50,597 nucleotides of DNA from an uncultured Chloroflexia bacterium (GCA_963749705.1 CAVVNQ010000013.1:1-50597), one strand, 5' to 3'; shown: positions 8,836 to 17,768, counted from the stretch's first letter. The notes: a model not told the origin generated them from the letters alone. Program-made: numbers and translations.

Positions 8836-10308
8836 CTACGCGCCGCGCCGGACCTCCACGGCCCGCCGGTACAGCGCGAGGTACCGGGGTGCCGGGCCGG
8901 CGTCCCAGCCGAAGTCGACGGCCATCCCGCGCGCCACCAGCGCGGCCCAGCCGGCCGGATCGGCGGTCCGCAGGGCCATCGCGCGGGTGACCGCGCCGAC
9001 CAGCGCGGCCGGCGTGGCGTCGTCGAACACGAACCCCGTGCCATCGTCCGCCTGCTCGTCGACGTCCGTGACGGAGTCGGCGAGGCCGCCGGTGCGCCGC
9101 ACCACCGGCGGCGTGCCATAGCGCAGCGCGATCATCTGTCCCTGGCCGCAGGGCTCGAACCGGGACGGCATCAGGAACAGGTCGGCGCCGGCGTAGATCC
9201 GCCGTGCGAGGACGGGATCGAAGCGCTCGAGCATGGCGACCCGACCGCGGGCCGCCCCGGCCAGGGCCCGGAACGGATCCGCGAGCGACGCGCGGCCGGT
9301 GCCCAGGACGATCAGCCGGGCGCCGGCCTCGAGCAGCTGCGGGGCGCCGTCGGCGAGCAGGTCGAAGCCCTTCTGGGGGTCCAGCCGGCCGATCATCGCC
9401 AGCACGGCGCCGTCGTCGTCCGGGTCGAAGCCGACGCGCTCCAGCAGGTCACGGCGACACGCGGCCTTGCCGTCCATCGCGCCCCGGTGGTACCGCGCCG
9501 CGAGCGCGGTGTCGGTCGCGGGATCCCAGACGCCGGGGTCGATCCCGTTGAGGATGCCGCTGAACCGGTCGCCCATCGCGCGGAACAACCCGTCGAGACC
9601 GCGCCCGTACTCCGGGGTCAGCGCCTCGCGGGCGAACCCCGGCGACACGGTGTTGGCAACGTCCACATGCTCCACGGCGGCCCGCAGCAGGTCGAGCATC
9701 GCCGGGTCGTCCCCCGCCAGCGGATCGCCGGGCGCCAGCCCCAGCTGTCCCAGCTTCGTCGCGGGGGTCCGGCCGCGGTAGGCGAGGTTGTGAAGCGTCA
9801 GGACCGCCGCCATGTCCCGGAAGAACGGATCGCCCGAGGCCGTCCCGCGGGCCCGGTCGATCAGGGCGGGTCCCGTGTGCCAGTCGTGGGCATGGAGGAC
9901 GTCGAGCGGCACGCCATCGCGGCGCAGCGCGGCCAGCGCGGCACGCCCGAACACCGCGAACCGCCAGGCATCGTCGGGATGGTCGTAGAACCCGTCGCGG
10001 TCGAACGCGGGCGGGTGGTCGACGAGCCGGAGCCGGTAGCCTTCGGCCGCGACGTTCAGGATCGAGACCGCGAGGGGGCCGCCACCGGCGGGATCGTCGA
10101 TCGCCAGCGGCGGCTCGACCTCGACCTCGCGGGGCATCCGGACGCCGCGGTACCTCGGCAGGAACACGTCGACCGGCGTTGCGAGCGCCGAGCCCGCCTC
10201 GGGCAGGCGGCCGAGCGCCCGCGCGAGCGCGTCGATCACGTCCGCGAGGCCGCCCGTCTTGGCCCATGGCTCGCACTCGGCGGCCAGGAGCGCGACGCGG
10301 AGGTGCAT
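8836..10308 (-). CDS. glgA: Glycogen synthase (GT5)
   Basis: AECEPWAKTGGLADV (KxGG), LHAHDWHTG, TLHNLAYRG, NTVSP, GILNGID, GRLDPQKG, MPSRFEPCGQGQMIALRYG, TGGLAD. Confidence 0.95.
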   Translation of the reverse strand: MHLRVALLAAECEPWAKTGGLADVIDALARALGRLPEAGSALATPVDVFLPRYRGVRMPREVEVEPPLAIDDPAGGGPLAVSILNVAAEGYRLRLVDHPPAFDRDGFYDHPDDAWRFAVFGRAALAALRRDGVPLDVLHAHDWHTGPALIDRARGTASGDPFFRDMAAVLTLHNLAYRGRTPATKLGQLGLAPGDPLAGDDPAMLDLLRAAVEHVDVANTVSPGFAREALTPEYGRGLDGLFRAMGDRFSGILNGIDPGVWDPATDTALAARYHRGAMDGKAACRRDLLERVGFDPDDDGAVLAMIGRLDPQKGFDLLADGAPQLLEAGARLIVLGTGRASLADPFRALAGAARGRVAMLERFDPVLARRIYAGADLFLMPSRFEPCGQGQMIALRYGTPPVVRRTGGLADSVTDVDEQADDGTGFVFDDATPAALVGAVTRAMALRTADPAGWAALVARGMAVDFGWDAGPAPRYLALYRRAVEVRRGA

Positions 10309-10490
10309 CACGGGATCGTACTGTCCGGCGCGGCGCGAAGCGCGATGAGATCGGGGCGAGGCGAGCGCGCGGCACGCACCATTCCCGCTCGCGACACGGC
10401 CGATCCGCGACGCCGGCACCGCGGCCCGGCGACGCCCGCCGACACGGTGCGGCGACGCCGGGCGCCACGTTCCGCCGCGCACGAGGACGG

Positions 10491-10530
10491 GCTAAACCGG
10501 TTCACACACCGCCTTGAGGCCGTCTATCAT
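10491..10530 (+). promoter_or_regulatory. glgP promoter with an overlapping LacI-type palindrome
   Basis: TTCACA (10501-10506), 18 nt, TATCAT (10525-10530), then 9 nt to the ATG. The palindromic core AACCGGTT (10495-10502) overlaps the -35. Confidence 0.55.
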
Positions 10531-10539
10531 TTCCGGCTC

Positions 10540-12729
10540 ATGGAGCCCATCGTCCGCGTCCCCGTGTCCACCGGCGCCTCGTTCCACCTCCCGCCCAAGG
10601 TCTCCGGCCTCCGGCGCCTCGCCTACAACATGTGGTGGAGCTGGCATCCCCGGGCACGCCTGATGTTCTCGCGGATCGACGCCGGCGCGTGGGCGCGGTA
10701 CCGGAACCCGATCCCCGTGCTGTCGGGGCCCGTTGCCTGGGACCAGCTGCTCGAGAACCCGCGCTTCCTGGCCGAGTACCAGGACATCATGGCCGAGTTC
10801 GACGCGTACATGGCCAACGGCACCGACCACTGGTTCCAGCGGCGGCACGCAGCGAAGCTCGACGGGCCGATCGCCTACTTCTGCGCGGAGTACGGCCTCC
10901 ACGAGTCGCTGGGGATCTACTCCGGCGGCCTGGGCGTGCTGGCCGGCGACCACATGAAGACCGCGTCGGACATGGCGCTGCCACTGATCGGCGTCGGCCT
11001 CATGTACCGCAAGGGCTACTTCCGCCAGGCGATCGACGCGGACGGGCACCAGGAGCACTCGTACCCGGACTACGAGCTGAGCCGGCTCCCGGTCCTGCGC
11101 GCGCTCGACCGGCTGGGCGACCCGCTCACGGTCAGCGTCCAGCTGCCGGGCCGCGACCTGTTCGCCGCCGTGTGGGTGGTCCAGGTCGGGCGCGTTCCCG
11201 TGCTGCTGCTCGACACCGACGTCCCCGACAACGACGACTCGGACCGGCCGATCACCCACATCCTGTACGTCCGCGGTCGCGAGATGCGGCTGCACCAGGA
11301 GCTCGTGCTCGGCGTCGGCGGCGTCCGGGCGCTGCGGCAGCTGGACCTCGACCCGGGCGTCTGGCATCTGAACGAGGGCCACTCCGCGTTCCTGCTCGCC
11401 GAGCGCGCCCGCGAGCTGGTGGCCGCGGGATCGACGTTCGATGAGGCGCGTGCCGCGGTGGCGCGCAGCTCGGTGTTCACGATCCACACCCCGGTGTCGG
11501 CAGGCAACGAGCGGTTCGATGCGGACCTCGTCCGGCGCGTCGCCGGACCGCTGCTCGACGGCGACGGCAGGCCGGGCACGGGTGGCGTCCCGCTGGACCG
11601 GTTGCTGGAGCTGGGCCTCGGCGTCGACCACGACCGGTCGCAGTTCGACATGACCGCGTTCTCGCTCCGCAACACGCACGGCGCCAACGCGGTGTCGCTC
11701 CTCCACGGGCACACCGCCAACACCACCTGGCAGGGCATCTCGCCGGGCGAGATCCTGGGGCTGACCAACGGGGTGCACACGCCGACGTGGCTGGGGCAGC
11801 CGGTCCGCGACATCCTCGAGCGCTACACCAACGCCAACGTGGATCGCATGGACGACCAGCCCAGGAAGGTTCGCTTCTGGGAGCGCATCGACAAGGTCCC
11901 GACGGCCGAGCTGTGGGAGGCGCACCAGCGCCAGAAGCGGGAGCTCGCGATCTTCGCGCGCGGCCGGCTGCGCAACCAGTTCGCGCGTCACGGCGAGGCG
12001 CCCTCGACCCTCGAGGACCTCGAGACGGTCCTCGATCCGTCGATCCTGACCATCGGCTTCGCGCGGCGCTTCGCGACCTACAAGCGGTCATCGCTGGTGT
12101 TCACCGACCTCGACCGGATCGCCGCCATGCTGTGGGACGAGGACCGGCCGATGCAGCTCATCTTCGCCGGCAAGGCCCACCCGGCCGATCGGCCCGGACA
12201 GGGCGTCATCCAGGAGATCTTCGGCCGATCGCGAAGCCCCAAGCTCCGGGGCCGGGTGTTCATCGTCGAGGACTACGACATCCGGATCGCGCGCTTCCTC
12301 GTCCAGGGCGTCGACGTCTGGCTCAACAACCCGCGGCGGCCGCTCGAGGCGTCGGGGACGTCGGGCATGAAGGCGGCCGCCAACGGCGTGGTCAACGTCA
12401 GCGTCCTCGACGGCTGGTGGGACGAGGGCTGGACCGGCGACAACGGCTGGGCGATCGGCGGGCGTGAGACGAACCCCGACGAGGGAGCCCAGGACTGGTC
12501 CGACGCCCAGGACCTGTACCGCATCCTCGAGCAGGAGCTGATCCCGGCGTACTACGAGCGCGACGCGGAGGGCCTGCCCACCCGCTGGACGCAGCTCATG
12601 CGAAACTCGATCGCCAGCACGATCTGGCGGTTCTCGACCACCCGCATGCTCCACGAGTACGTCGAGCGCCTGTACCTTCCGGCCGCCGGCGTGCATGTCG
12701 AGCCCGAGGTCGCGGCGACCCCGTCGTAG
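10540..12729 (+). CDS. glgP: Alpha-glucan (glycogen/maltodextrin) phosphorylase
   Basis: LAYNMWWSW, AYFCAEYG, YSGGLGVLAGDH, HLNEGH, TNGVH, FARRFATYKR, AGKAHP, EASGTSGMKA (PLP lysine). True start is ATG 10540; the ORF-track extension to 8692 is antisense to glgA. Confidence 0.97.
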   Translation: MEPIVRVPVSTGASFHLPPKVSGLRRLAYNMWWSWHPRARLMFSRIDAGAWARYRNPIPVLSGPVAWDQLLENPRFLAEYQDIMAEFDAYMANGTDHWFQRRHAAKLDGPIAYFCAEYGLHESLGIYSGGLGVLAGDHMKTASDMALPLIGVGLMYRKGYFRQAIDADGHQEHSYPDYELSRLPVLRALDRLGDPLTVSVQLPGRDLFAAVWVVQVGRVPVLLLDTDVPDNDDSDRPITHILYVRGREMRLHQELVLGVGGVRALRQLDLDPGVWHLNEGHSAFLLAERARELVAAGSTFDEARAAVARSSVFTIHTPVSAGNERFDADLVRRVAGPLLDGDGRPGTGGVPLDRLLELGLGVDHDRSQFDMTAFSLRNTHGANAVSLLHGHTANTTWQGISPGEILGLTNGVHTPTWLGQPVRDILERYTNANVDRMDDQPRKVRFWERIDKVPTAELWEAHQRQKRELAIFARGRLRNQFARHGEAPSTLEDLETVLDPSILTIGFARRFATYKRSSLVFTDLDRIAAMLWDEDRPMQLIFAGKAHPADRPGQGVIQEIFGRSRSPKLRGRVFIVEDYDIRIARFLVQGVDVWLNNPRRPLEASGTSGMKAAANGVVNVSVLDGWWDEGWTGDNGWAIGGRETNPDEGAQDWSDAQDLYRILEQELIPAYYERDAEGLPTRWTQLMRNSIASTIWRFSTTRMLHEYVERLYLPAAGVHVEPEVAATPS

Positions 12730-12776
12730 CCCGGCCCGGTGCCGGCTCCATCGCCCATGAATCACTGAGGAGGCGC

Positions 12777-14927
12777 TTGGCTCCCCGGATCTCGCTGGCC
12801 CTCGCGATCCACAACCATCAGCCGGTGGGCAACTTCGGCTGGGTGTTCGCCGAGGTGTGCGATCACGCGTACCGGCCGATGATCGAGGCGATCGAGCGCC
12901 ATCCCGGCATCCGCCTGTCGCTCCACTACACGGGCCCGCTGCTTGAGTGGTTCGCCGCCGAGCGCCCGGAGCTCCTCGAGCGTCTCGCCGCGCTGGTCGA
13001 GCGGGACCAGGTCGAGCTGCTCGGTGGGGGCCTGTACGAGCCCGTGCTCGCCTCCCTGCCCGCGCGCGACCGCGTCGACCAGCTGACCCGGATGGCCGGC
13101 GTGCTCGAGGGCATCACCGGCCGGCGCCCGAGGGGTGCCTGGCTGGCCGAACGCGTGTGGGAGCCCGACCTGCCCACGTCGCTGGTCGCGGCCGGCTACG
13201 AGTGGACGATCCTCGACGACGCGCACTTCCGGGCCGCCGCGATCCCCGAGCAGAACCTGTGGGGCGCGTACACGACCGAGGACCAGGGTCACCGGCTCAC
13301 GGTGTTCGGCACCGAGCAGGGGCTGCGCTACCGGATCCCGTTCGGCACGGTCGATGACGTCATCGACCACCTCCGCCGTCACGCGACGGAGGCGGGCGAC
13401 CGGGTCGGCATGATGGGCGACGACGGCGAGAAGTTCGGGGCCTGGCCCACCACGTACGAGCACTGCTGGGGCCGGGGCCGGTGGGTCGAGACCTTCTTCG
13501 AGGCGCTCGAGGCAAACGCCGGCTGGCTGACCACGGTGACCCCGTCGCGGTGGCTCGACCGCCAGCCACCGATCGGCCGGGTGTACGTGCCGACCTCCTC
13601 CTATGCCGAGATGGGCGAGTGGTCGCTGCCGCCCGAGGAGGCTGCGGTGTTCGCTCCCCTCGTCCACCACGCCATGGCCCAGCACGTCCCCGAGGCACGC
13701 TGGCTGCGCGGCGGCTTCTGGCGCAACTTCCTGGTCCGGTACCGCGAGATCAACGACCTCCACAAGCAGATGCTGCGCACCTCCGCCAAGGTTGCGCTGA
13801 TGCCCGAGGGAGCGGCCCGGGTGGCCGCGCGGGACCACCTCCACCGGGGACAGTCGAACGACTGCTACTGGCACGGCGTGTTCGGCGGGATCTACATCTC
13901 GCACATGCGCCTGGCAACCTACGAGCACCTGATCGCCGCCGAGGATGCCGCGGATCGCGTGCTCGGCACGTCCGACGCGGCGGACCTGCGCGACCTGGAC
14001 ATGGACGGGCTGGACGACGCGCTGCTCGCCGACGCCGGCCAGGTCGTGACCGTCAACCTCGCCGAGGGCGGCGGCATCGGCGGCTGGGACCTGCGCGCGG
14101 CGCGCCATGCCATGGCCGCCGCCCTGCGACGGCGACCCGAGGCGTATCACGACAGCCTGCGCGCGTTCGACGCTCGCAGCGATGCGAAGGAGGCGGCCGG
14201 CGGTGGCCTGACCTCGATCCACGAGCTGGTCCGGGTCAAGGAGCCGGGGCTGTCGAAGCGGCTGTACTACGACGATCACGAGCGGCGGTCGGGGCTGGTG
14301 CGGTTCCTCGACCCGGACGTCACACCGGAAGCCGTGGCGATGGCCGCCGAGCGCGAGCTGGGCGACTTCGTCGACAGCCCGTTCCGGGTGGACTCGATCG
14401 TCCCCGGACGGCTGGTCACGTCGCGGACGGGCAGCGTCCTGGGTCAGGCAGTGGCCGTGACCCGCACGCTGTCGCTGGGTGGCGACCGCCTGGCGCCGTC
14501 CCTGGACCTGGAGTTCGCGATCGAGCACCTGGGGACGGTCGCGATCGACACCCGGCTGGCCATCGAGCTCTCGCTCCACCTGCTCGGTGGCGGCGGCAAC
14601 CCGTCGGCGTGGTACGACGTCGCCGGGGTGCGGTCCGCCCACGACGGGACCGGCCAGGCCGCCTCGGTCGGATCGATCGGGTACGGCAATGACTGGGTCG
14701 GCGTCGCGATCGAGGCGGGCCTCGAGCCGGCTGCCGATGCCTGGTGGAGCCCGATCGAGACGATCTCGAACTCCGAGGCAGGCTTCGAGCGCGTGTACCA
14801 GGGCAGCGCCCTGATCGTGTCCTGGCTGCTCCGGCTGGAGCCGGGGGAGACCCGCCGGTTCGCCGTCCGCCAGCTGGCGACGATCGCACGGGATCGCGCC
14901 GCCGACGAGGCCGTGGCACCCGCGTGA
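12777..14927 (+). CDS. GH57 alpha-amylase / 4-alpha-glucanotransferase with C-terminal beta-sandwich (DUF1925/DUF1926-type)
   Basis: HNHQP, LHYTGPLL, GAWLAERVWEP (nucleophile Glu), GDDGEKFG (acid/base Asp), QSNDCYWHG, SEAGFERVYQG. TTG start with GAGGAGG RBS. Confidence 0.9.
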   Translation: MAPRISLALAIHNHQPVGNFGWVFAEVCDHAYRPMIEAIERHPGIRLSLHYTGPLLEWFAAERPELLERLAALVERDQVELLGGGLYEPVLASLPARDRVDQLTRMAGVLEGITGRRPRGAWLAERVWEPDLPTSLVAAGYEWTILDDAHFRAAAIPEQNLWGAYTTEDQGHRLTVFGTEQGLRYRIPFGTVDDVIDHLRRHATEAGDRVGMMGDDGEKFGAWPTTYEHCWGRGRWVETFFEALEANAGWLTTVTPSRWLDRQPPIGRVYVPTSSYAEMGEWSLPPEEAAVFAPLVHHAMAQHVPEARWLRGGFWRNFLVRYREINDLHKQMLRTSAKVALMPEGAARVAARDHLHRGQSNDCYWHGVFGGIYISHMRLATYEHLIAAEDAADRVLGTSDAADLRDLDMDGLDDALLADAGQVVTVNLAEGGGIGGWDLRAARHAMAAALRRRPEAYHDSLRAFDARSDAKEAAGGGLTSIHELVRVKEPGLSKRLYYDDHERRSGLVRFLDPDVTPEAVAMAAERELGDFVDSPFRVDSIVPGRLVTSRTGSVLGQAVAVTRTLSLGGDRLAPSLDLEFAIEHLGTVAIDTRLAIELSLHLLGGGGNPSAWYDVAGVRSAHDGTGQAASVGSIGYGNDWVGVAIEAGLEPAADAWWSPIETISNSEAGFERVYQGSALIVSWLLRLEPGETRRFAVRQLATIARDRAADEAVAPA

Positions 14928-14958
14928 GCGATCGACGGCGCGACCGGGAGCGCAACCC

Positions 14959-16404
14959 GTGACCCGGGGGCGCCTCGTCGTCCACGCGCACTTCTACCAG
15001 CCCTCGAGGGTCGACCCGTTCACCGGCGTCGTTCCACGCGACCCGTCGGCCGCGCCGGCACACGACTGGACCGAGCGGATCACCGCCGACTGCTACCGGC
15101 CGAACGTGGAGCGCGGCGCCCTGTCGCGTGCCTCGTGGGACGTCGGCCCGACGCTGACCGAGGACCTGGCCGCGCGCGCGCCCGACGTCCTGGCGGGCTT
15201 CGCGGAATCGGATCGGCTCGGGCGCTCGGAGGCCGGCGGTCCGGCCATGGCCCAGGCGTTCCACCACTCCATCCTGCCGCTGGCCGGGATGCGGGTCCGT
15301 CGGACGGAGGTTGCCTGGGGCATCCGGGATTTCGAGCACCGCTTCGGCCGGCCGCCGACCGCGATGTGGCTGCCCGAGACGGCGGTCGACCTGCCCACCC
15401 TGCGGGTCCTTGCCGAAGCCGGGATCGGGGCCACGATCCTCGCGCCGTGGCAGGCCGCGGTGGCCCACGTCGACGCCCGGCATCCGTACCGCGTCGACCT
15501 CGGCGGCGGCCGCCACATCGTGGTCGCGTTCTATGACGGCGACCTGTCGGGCGCGGTCTCGTTCGAGCCCGACACCACGGCCGATGCCGACCGGTTCGCC
15601 CGGGAGCGCGTCGCTCCCCGGCTCGCGGTGGCGCTGCCGGACGACGTCGCCCCGATGCTGCTCATCGCGAGCGACGGCGAGCTGTACGGCCACCACCAGC
15701 CGTTCCGTGACCTGTTCCTGCAGCGGCTGATCGCGCCCAGCCCGGGCGCCCCGGGCCGCACCTTCGACGTCGTCGACCTGGCGACCGCGATCGCCGAGCG
15801 GCCGGGCCATCCGCACCCGGAGATCCAGATCCGCGAGCGAACTTCGTGGAGCTGCCACCACGGCGTGCTGCGCTGGTCGGCCGAGTGCCCCGACGTGCCC
15901 GACGGGCGCTGGAAGTCGCCGTTGCGGAGCGCGCTCGACCGCCTCGGCGGCGGCATCGACACCGCGACCGAGCTGCTCGCGCGCGACCTGCCCGGCCTCG
16001 GTGATCCATGGGCCGCGCGGGACGCCTACGTGGACGTCGTCATCGGCGCGACGGAGGGCATGCGCTTCGCGGCGTCGAGGCTGGCGCGCCGGGCGAGCGC
16101 CGGGGATCGCCGGCGCCTGCTGGACCTGCTCGAGGCGCAGCGCTGGCGTCTGGCGATGTTCGCGTCCGACGGCTGGTACTGGGACGACCCGTCGCGACCC
16201 GAGACCCGGCAGGTGCTCCGCGCGGCAGCGCGGGCCGTCCGGCTGGTCGACGGGATCGCAGGCACCACGCTCGAGCAGCGTCTCGTGGCCGACCTCGCGG
16301 CCCTGCGGTCACCGGCGCTGGGCATCGATGGCGCGACGATCTACCGCCACGCGCTCAGCGAGGTGGGACAGCCGCCCCCGCCCGACGCCGACGTCGTCGC
16401 GTGA
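14959..16404 (+). CDS. GH57-family glycoside hydrolase (DUF3536-type, short form)
   Basis: HAHFYQP, WTERITADCY, HSILPL, MWLPETAVD, SDGELYGHH, SWSCHHGVLRW, MFASDGWYWDD. Confidence 0.87.
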   Translation: MTRGRLVVHAHFYQPSRVDPFTGVVPRDPSAAPAHDWTERITADCYRPNVERGALSRASWDVGPTLTEDLAARAPDVLAGFAESDRLGRSEAGGPAMAQAFHHSILPLAGMRVRRTEVAWGIRDFEHRFGRPPTAMWLPETAVDLPTLRVLAEAGIGATILAPWQAAVAHVDARHPYRVDLGGGRHIVVAFYDGDLSGAVSFEPDTTADADRFARERVAPRLAVALPDDVAPMLLIASDGELYGHHQPFRDLFLQRLIAPSPGAPGRTFDVVDLATAIAERPGHPHPEIQIRERTSWSCHHGVLRWSAECPDVPDGRWKSPLRSALDRLGGGIDTATELLARDLPGLGDPWAARDAYVDVVIGATEGMRFAASRLARRASAGDRRRLLDLLEAQRWRLAMFASDGWYWDDPSRPETRQVLRAAARAVRLVDGIAGTTLEQRLVADLAALRSPALGIDGATIYRHALSEVGQPPPPDADVVA

Positions 16405-16410
16405 CACGAA

Positions 16411-16436
16411 ACAGCCCCCGGCTGGCCGGGGGCTGT
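16411..16436 (-). terminator. Intrinsic terminator hairpin, possibly bidirectional
   Basis: ACAGCCCCCGGC-TG-GCCGGGGGCTGT perfect inverted repeat, which reads ...GCTGTTTCGT on the minus strand. Lies between convergent genes. Confidence 0.75.
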
Positions 16437-16440
16437 CGTC

Positions 16441-16473
16441 GAGCGCCGAGAAGGAGGGGGAGGGTCGGCGCCC
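16441..16473 (-). ncRNA. Candidate 3'-UTR regulatory RNA hairpin with C/U-rich anti-SD loop
   Basis: Minus-strand RNA GGGCGCCGA-CCCUCCCCCUCCUUC-UCGGCGCUC forms a 9-bp stem (one G-U pair) with a 15-nt pure pyrimidine loop, directly before the terminator. Confidence 0.45.
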
Positions 16474-16490
16474 TGGATGTGGTTGCCGGA

Positions 16491-16625
16491 TCAGCGAAGG
16501 CCGACGGGGTAGTTCGGCCGGCGATGATCGTCGGATCCGTCGCGGGAATCGACGCCCAGCTCGATCGCACCGACGCCGAGGGCGCTGAGGAGGACGATGA
16601 TCAGCGAGAGGAGGAGCAGTTCCAC
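16491..16625 (-). CDS. Small single-pass membrane protein, 44 aa (absent from the ORF track)
   Basis: GTG at 16625 with AGAAAGAG 8 nt upstream. Translates to MELLLLSLIIVLLSALGVGAIELGVDSRDGSDDHRRPNYPVGLR*. Third codon positions are mostly G/C, and it has its own promoter and terminator. Confidence 0.75.
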   Translation of the reverse strand: MELLLLSLIIVLLSALGVGAIELGVDSRDGSDDHRRPNYPVGLR

Positions 16626-16653
16626 GGCATGGCTCTTTCTGGTGGGACGTCTT

Positions 16654-16710
16654 GTTGATATAGTCAACTAGGCCAAGTACGACTCTAGTTGGACTACTCC
16701 ACTATGTCAA
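16654..16710 (-). promoter_or_regulatory. Near-consensus sigma70 promoter and palindromic operator for the small-protein transcript
   Basis: Minus strand TTGACA (16710-16705), 17 nt, TAGAGT (16687-16682). Inverted repeat GTTGA-TATAG-TCAAC at 16654-16668 lies just downstream of the predicted start site. Confidence 0.7.
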
Positions 16711-17768
16711 CTGGTCGGAAGGACCCTGATCCGACCGCCGAACGGCCTGTTGCAGGCGGGACCGTCGCCGGCCGTCACGAGCTCGACATCGAGCGGGATT
16801 CGGACGTCCCGATCTCCACCCAGATCTACTGGCAGCTGGCCTATCAGATCGAGTCCGGACGCCTCCAGCCGGGGACCCGGCTGCCGCCGGTCCGGGAGCT
16901 GGGCGGTGCCCTGCGGGTCAACCCCAACACGGTCCGGGCCGTCTACCGGCGCCTGGCGGACGCCGGCTACGTGGTCGGCCGGCATGGGGCGGGCACGCGG
17001 GTCGTCGACCGGCCACCGGTGCGGCGCGGGTCGGAGGCGCTCGCGGGGATCGTCGCCGAGACGATGCGCCGGGCCGGCCAGCTGGGGTTCACGCCCGACG
17101 AGGTGGCCCAGGCGACGTTCACCGCGGCCACCGAGCAGAAGCGACCCGGCCCGCTCGTCCGGGTGCTGTTCGCCGAGTGCACGGCGGCCGACGCGACCGT
17201 GGACGCGGAGCGGATCATCGAGGCCTTCCGCGACCGGATCGAGTCCGTGGGCGTGCTCCTCGAGGAGCTCCCCGACCGGCTCGACCGGTACCACTACGAC
17301 CTCGTCGCCACGACCACCTTCCACGCGGACGAGGCGCAGGCGTACGTCGCCGGTCGGGTACCGGTCGTCGCGATGCTCGTGGGGCCCGGGTACATGTCGC
17401 TGGTCCAGGAGGTGGCGTCGCTGCCGCCGGGCTCCAAGGTCGGCCTCGTGTGCGGGTCGCAGCGCGGGGTCGAGAACATCGCCGAGGTCCTCCAGCTGTC
17501 GGGCACCTCGGACGTGCAGATCATCTCGGCCGTCGCGCACACGGAGGAGGAGCTCACGCTCGTGGACCGCGACGCTGACCTCGTGCTCCTGTCCCGGGAG
17601 GCGATGGCGCTGGGGCTCGATACCCGGTTCGAGCGACCCGATCGGGTCCGCGAGTGGACCTACGAGTTCGACCCTGCGGGCCTCGAGCTCCTGCGTCGTG
17701 CCATCGAGCGGGTGGTCGCCGCCCGGGCCGCCGTCACGCCGGCGACCGGGGTCGTCCCGGCCGCCTGA
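16704..17768 (+). CDS. GntR-family regulator: YtrA-like wHTH plus a long alpha/beta C-terminal region (PlmA-like architecture)
   Basis: DSDVPISTQIYWQL...LQPGTRLPPVRELG..LRVNPNTVRAVYRRL..AGYV....GAGT is a GntR wHTH. The roughly 200-aa C-terminus contains RVLFAEC, DLVATTTFH and KVGLVC. Start is ATG 16704 (alternative TTG 16689). Confidence 0.88.
   Translation: MSTGRKDPDPTAERPVAGGTVAGRHELDIERDSDVPISTQIYWQLAYQIESGRLQPGTRLPPVRELGGALRVNPNTVRAVYRRLADAGYVVGRHGAGTRVVDRPPVRRGSEALAGIVAETMRRAGQLGFTPDEVAQATFTAATEQKRPGPLVRVLFAECTAADATVDAERIIEAFRDRIESVGVLLEELPDRLDRYHYDLVATTTFHADEAQAYVAGRVPVVAMLVGPGYMSLVQEVASLPPGSKVGLVCGSQRGVENIAEVLQLSGTSDVQIISAVAHTEEELTLVDRDADLVLLSREAMALGLDTRFERPDRVREWTYEFDPAGLELLRRAIERVVAARAAVTPATGVVPAA

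Noticed and set aside
8692-10539. 600-aa N-terminal extension of GlgP (1345-aa ORF)
   Set aside because: It is the antisense shadow of glgA. Phosphorylase similarity starts at ATG 10540, which has its own promoter.
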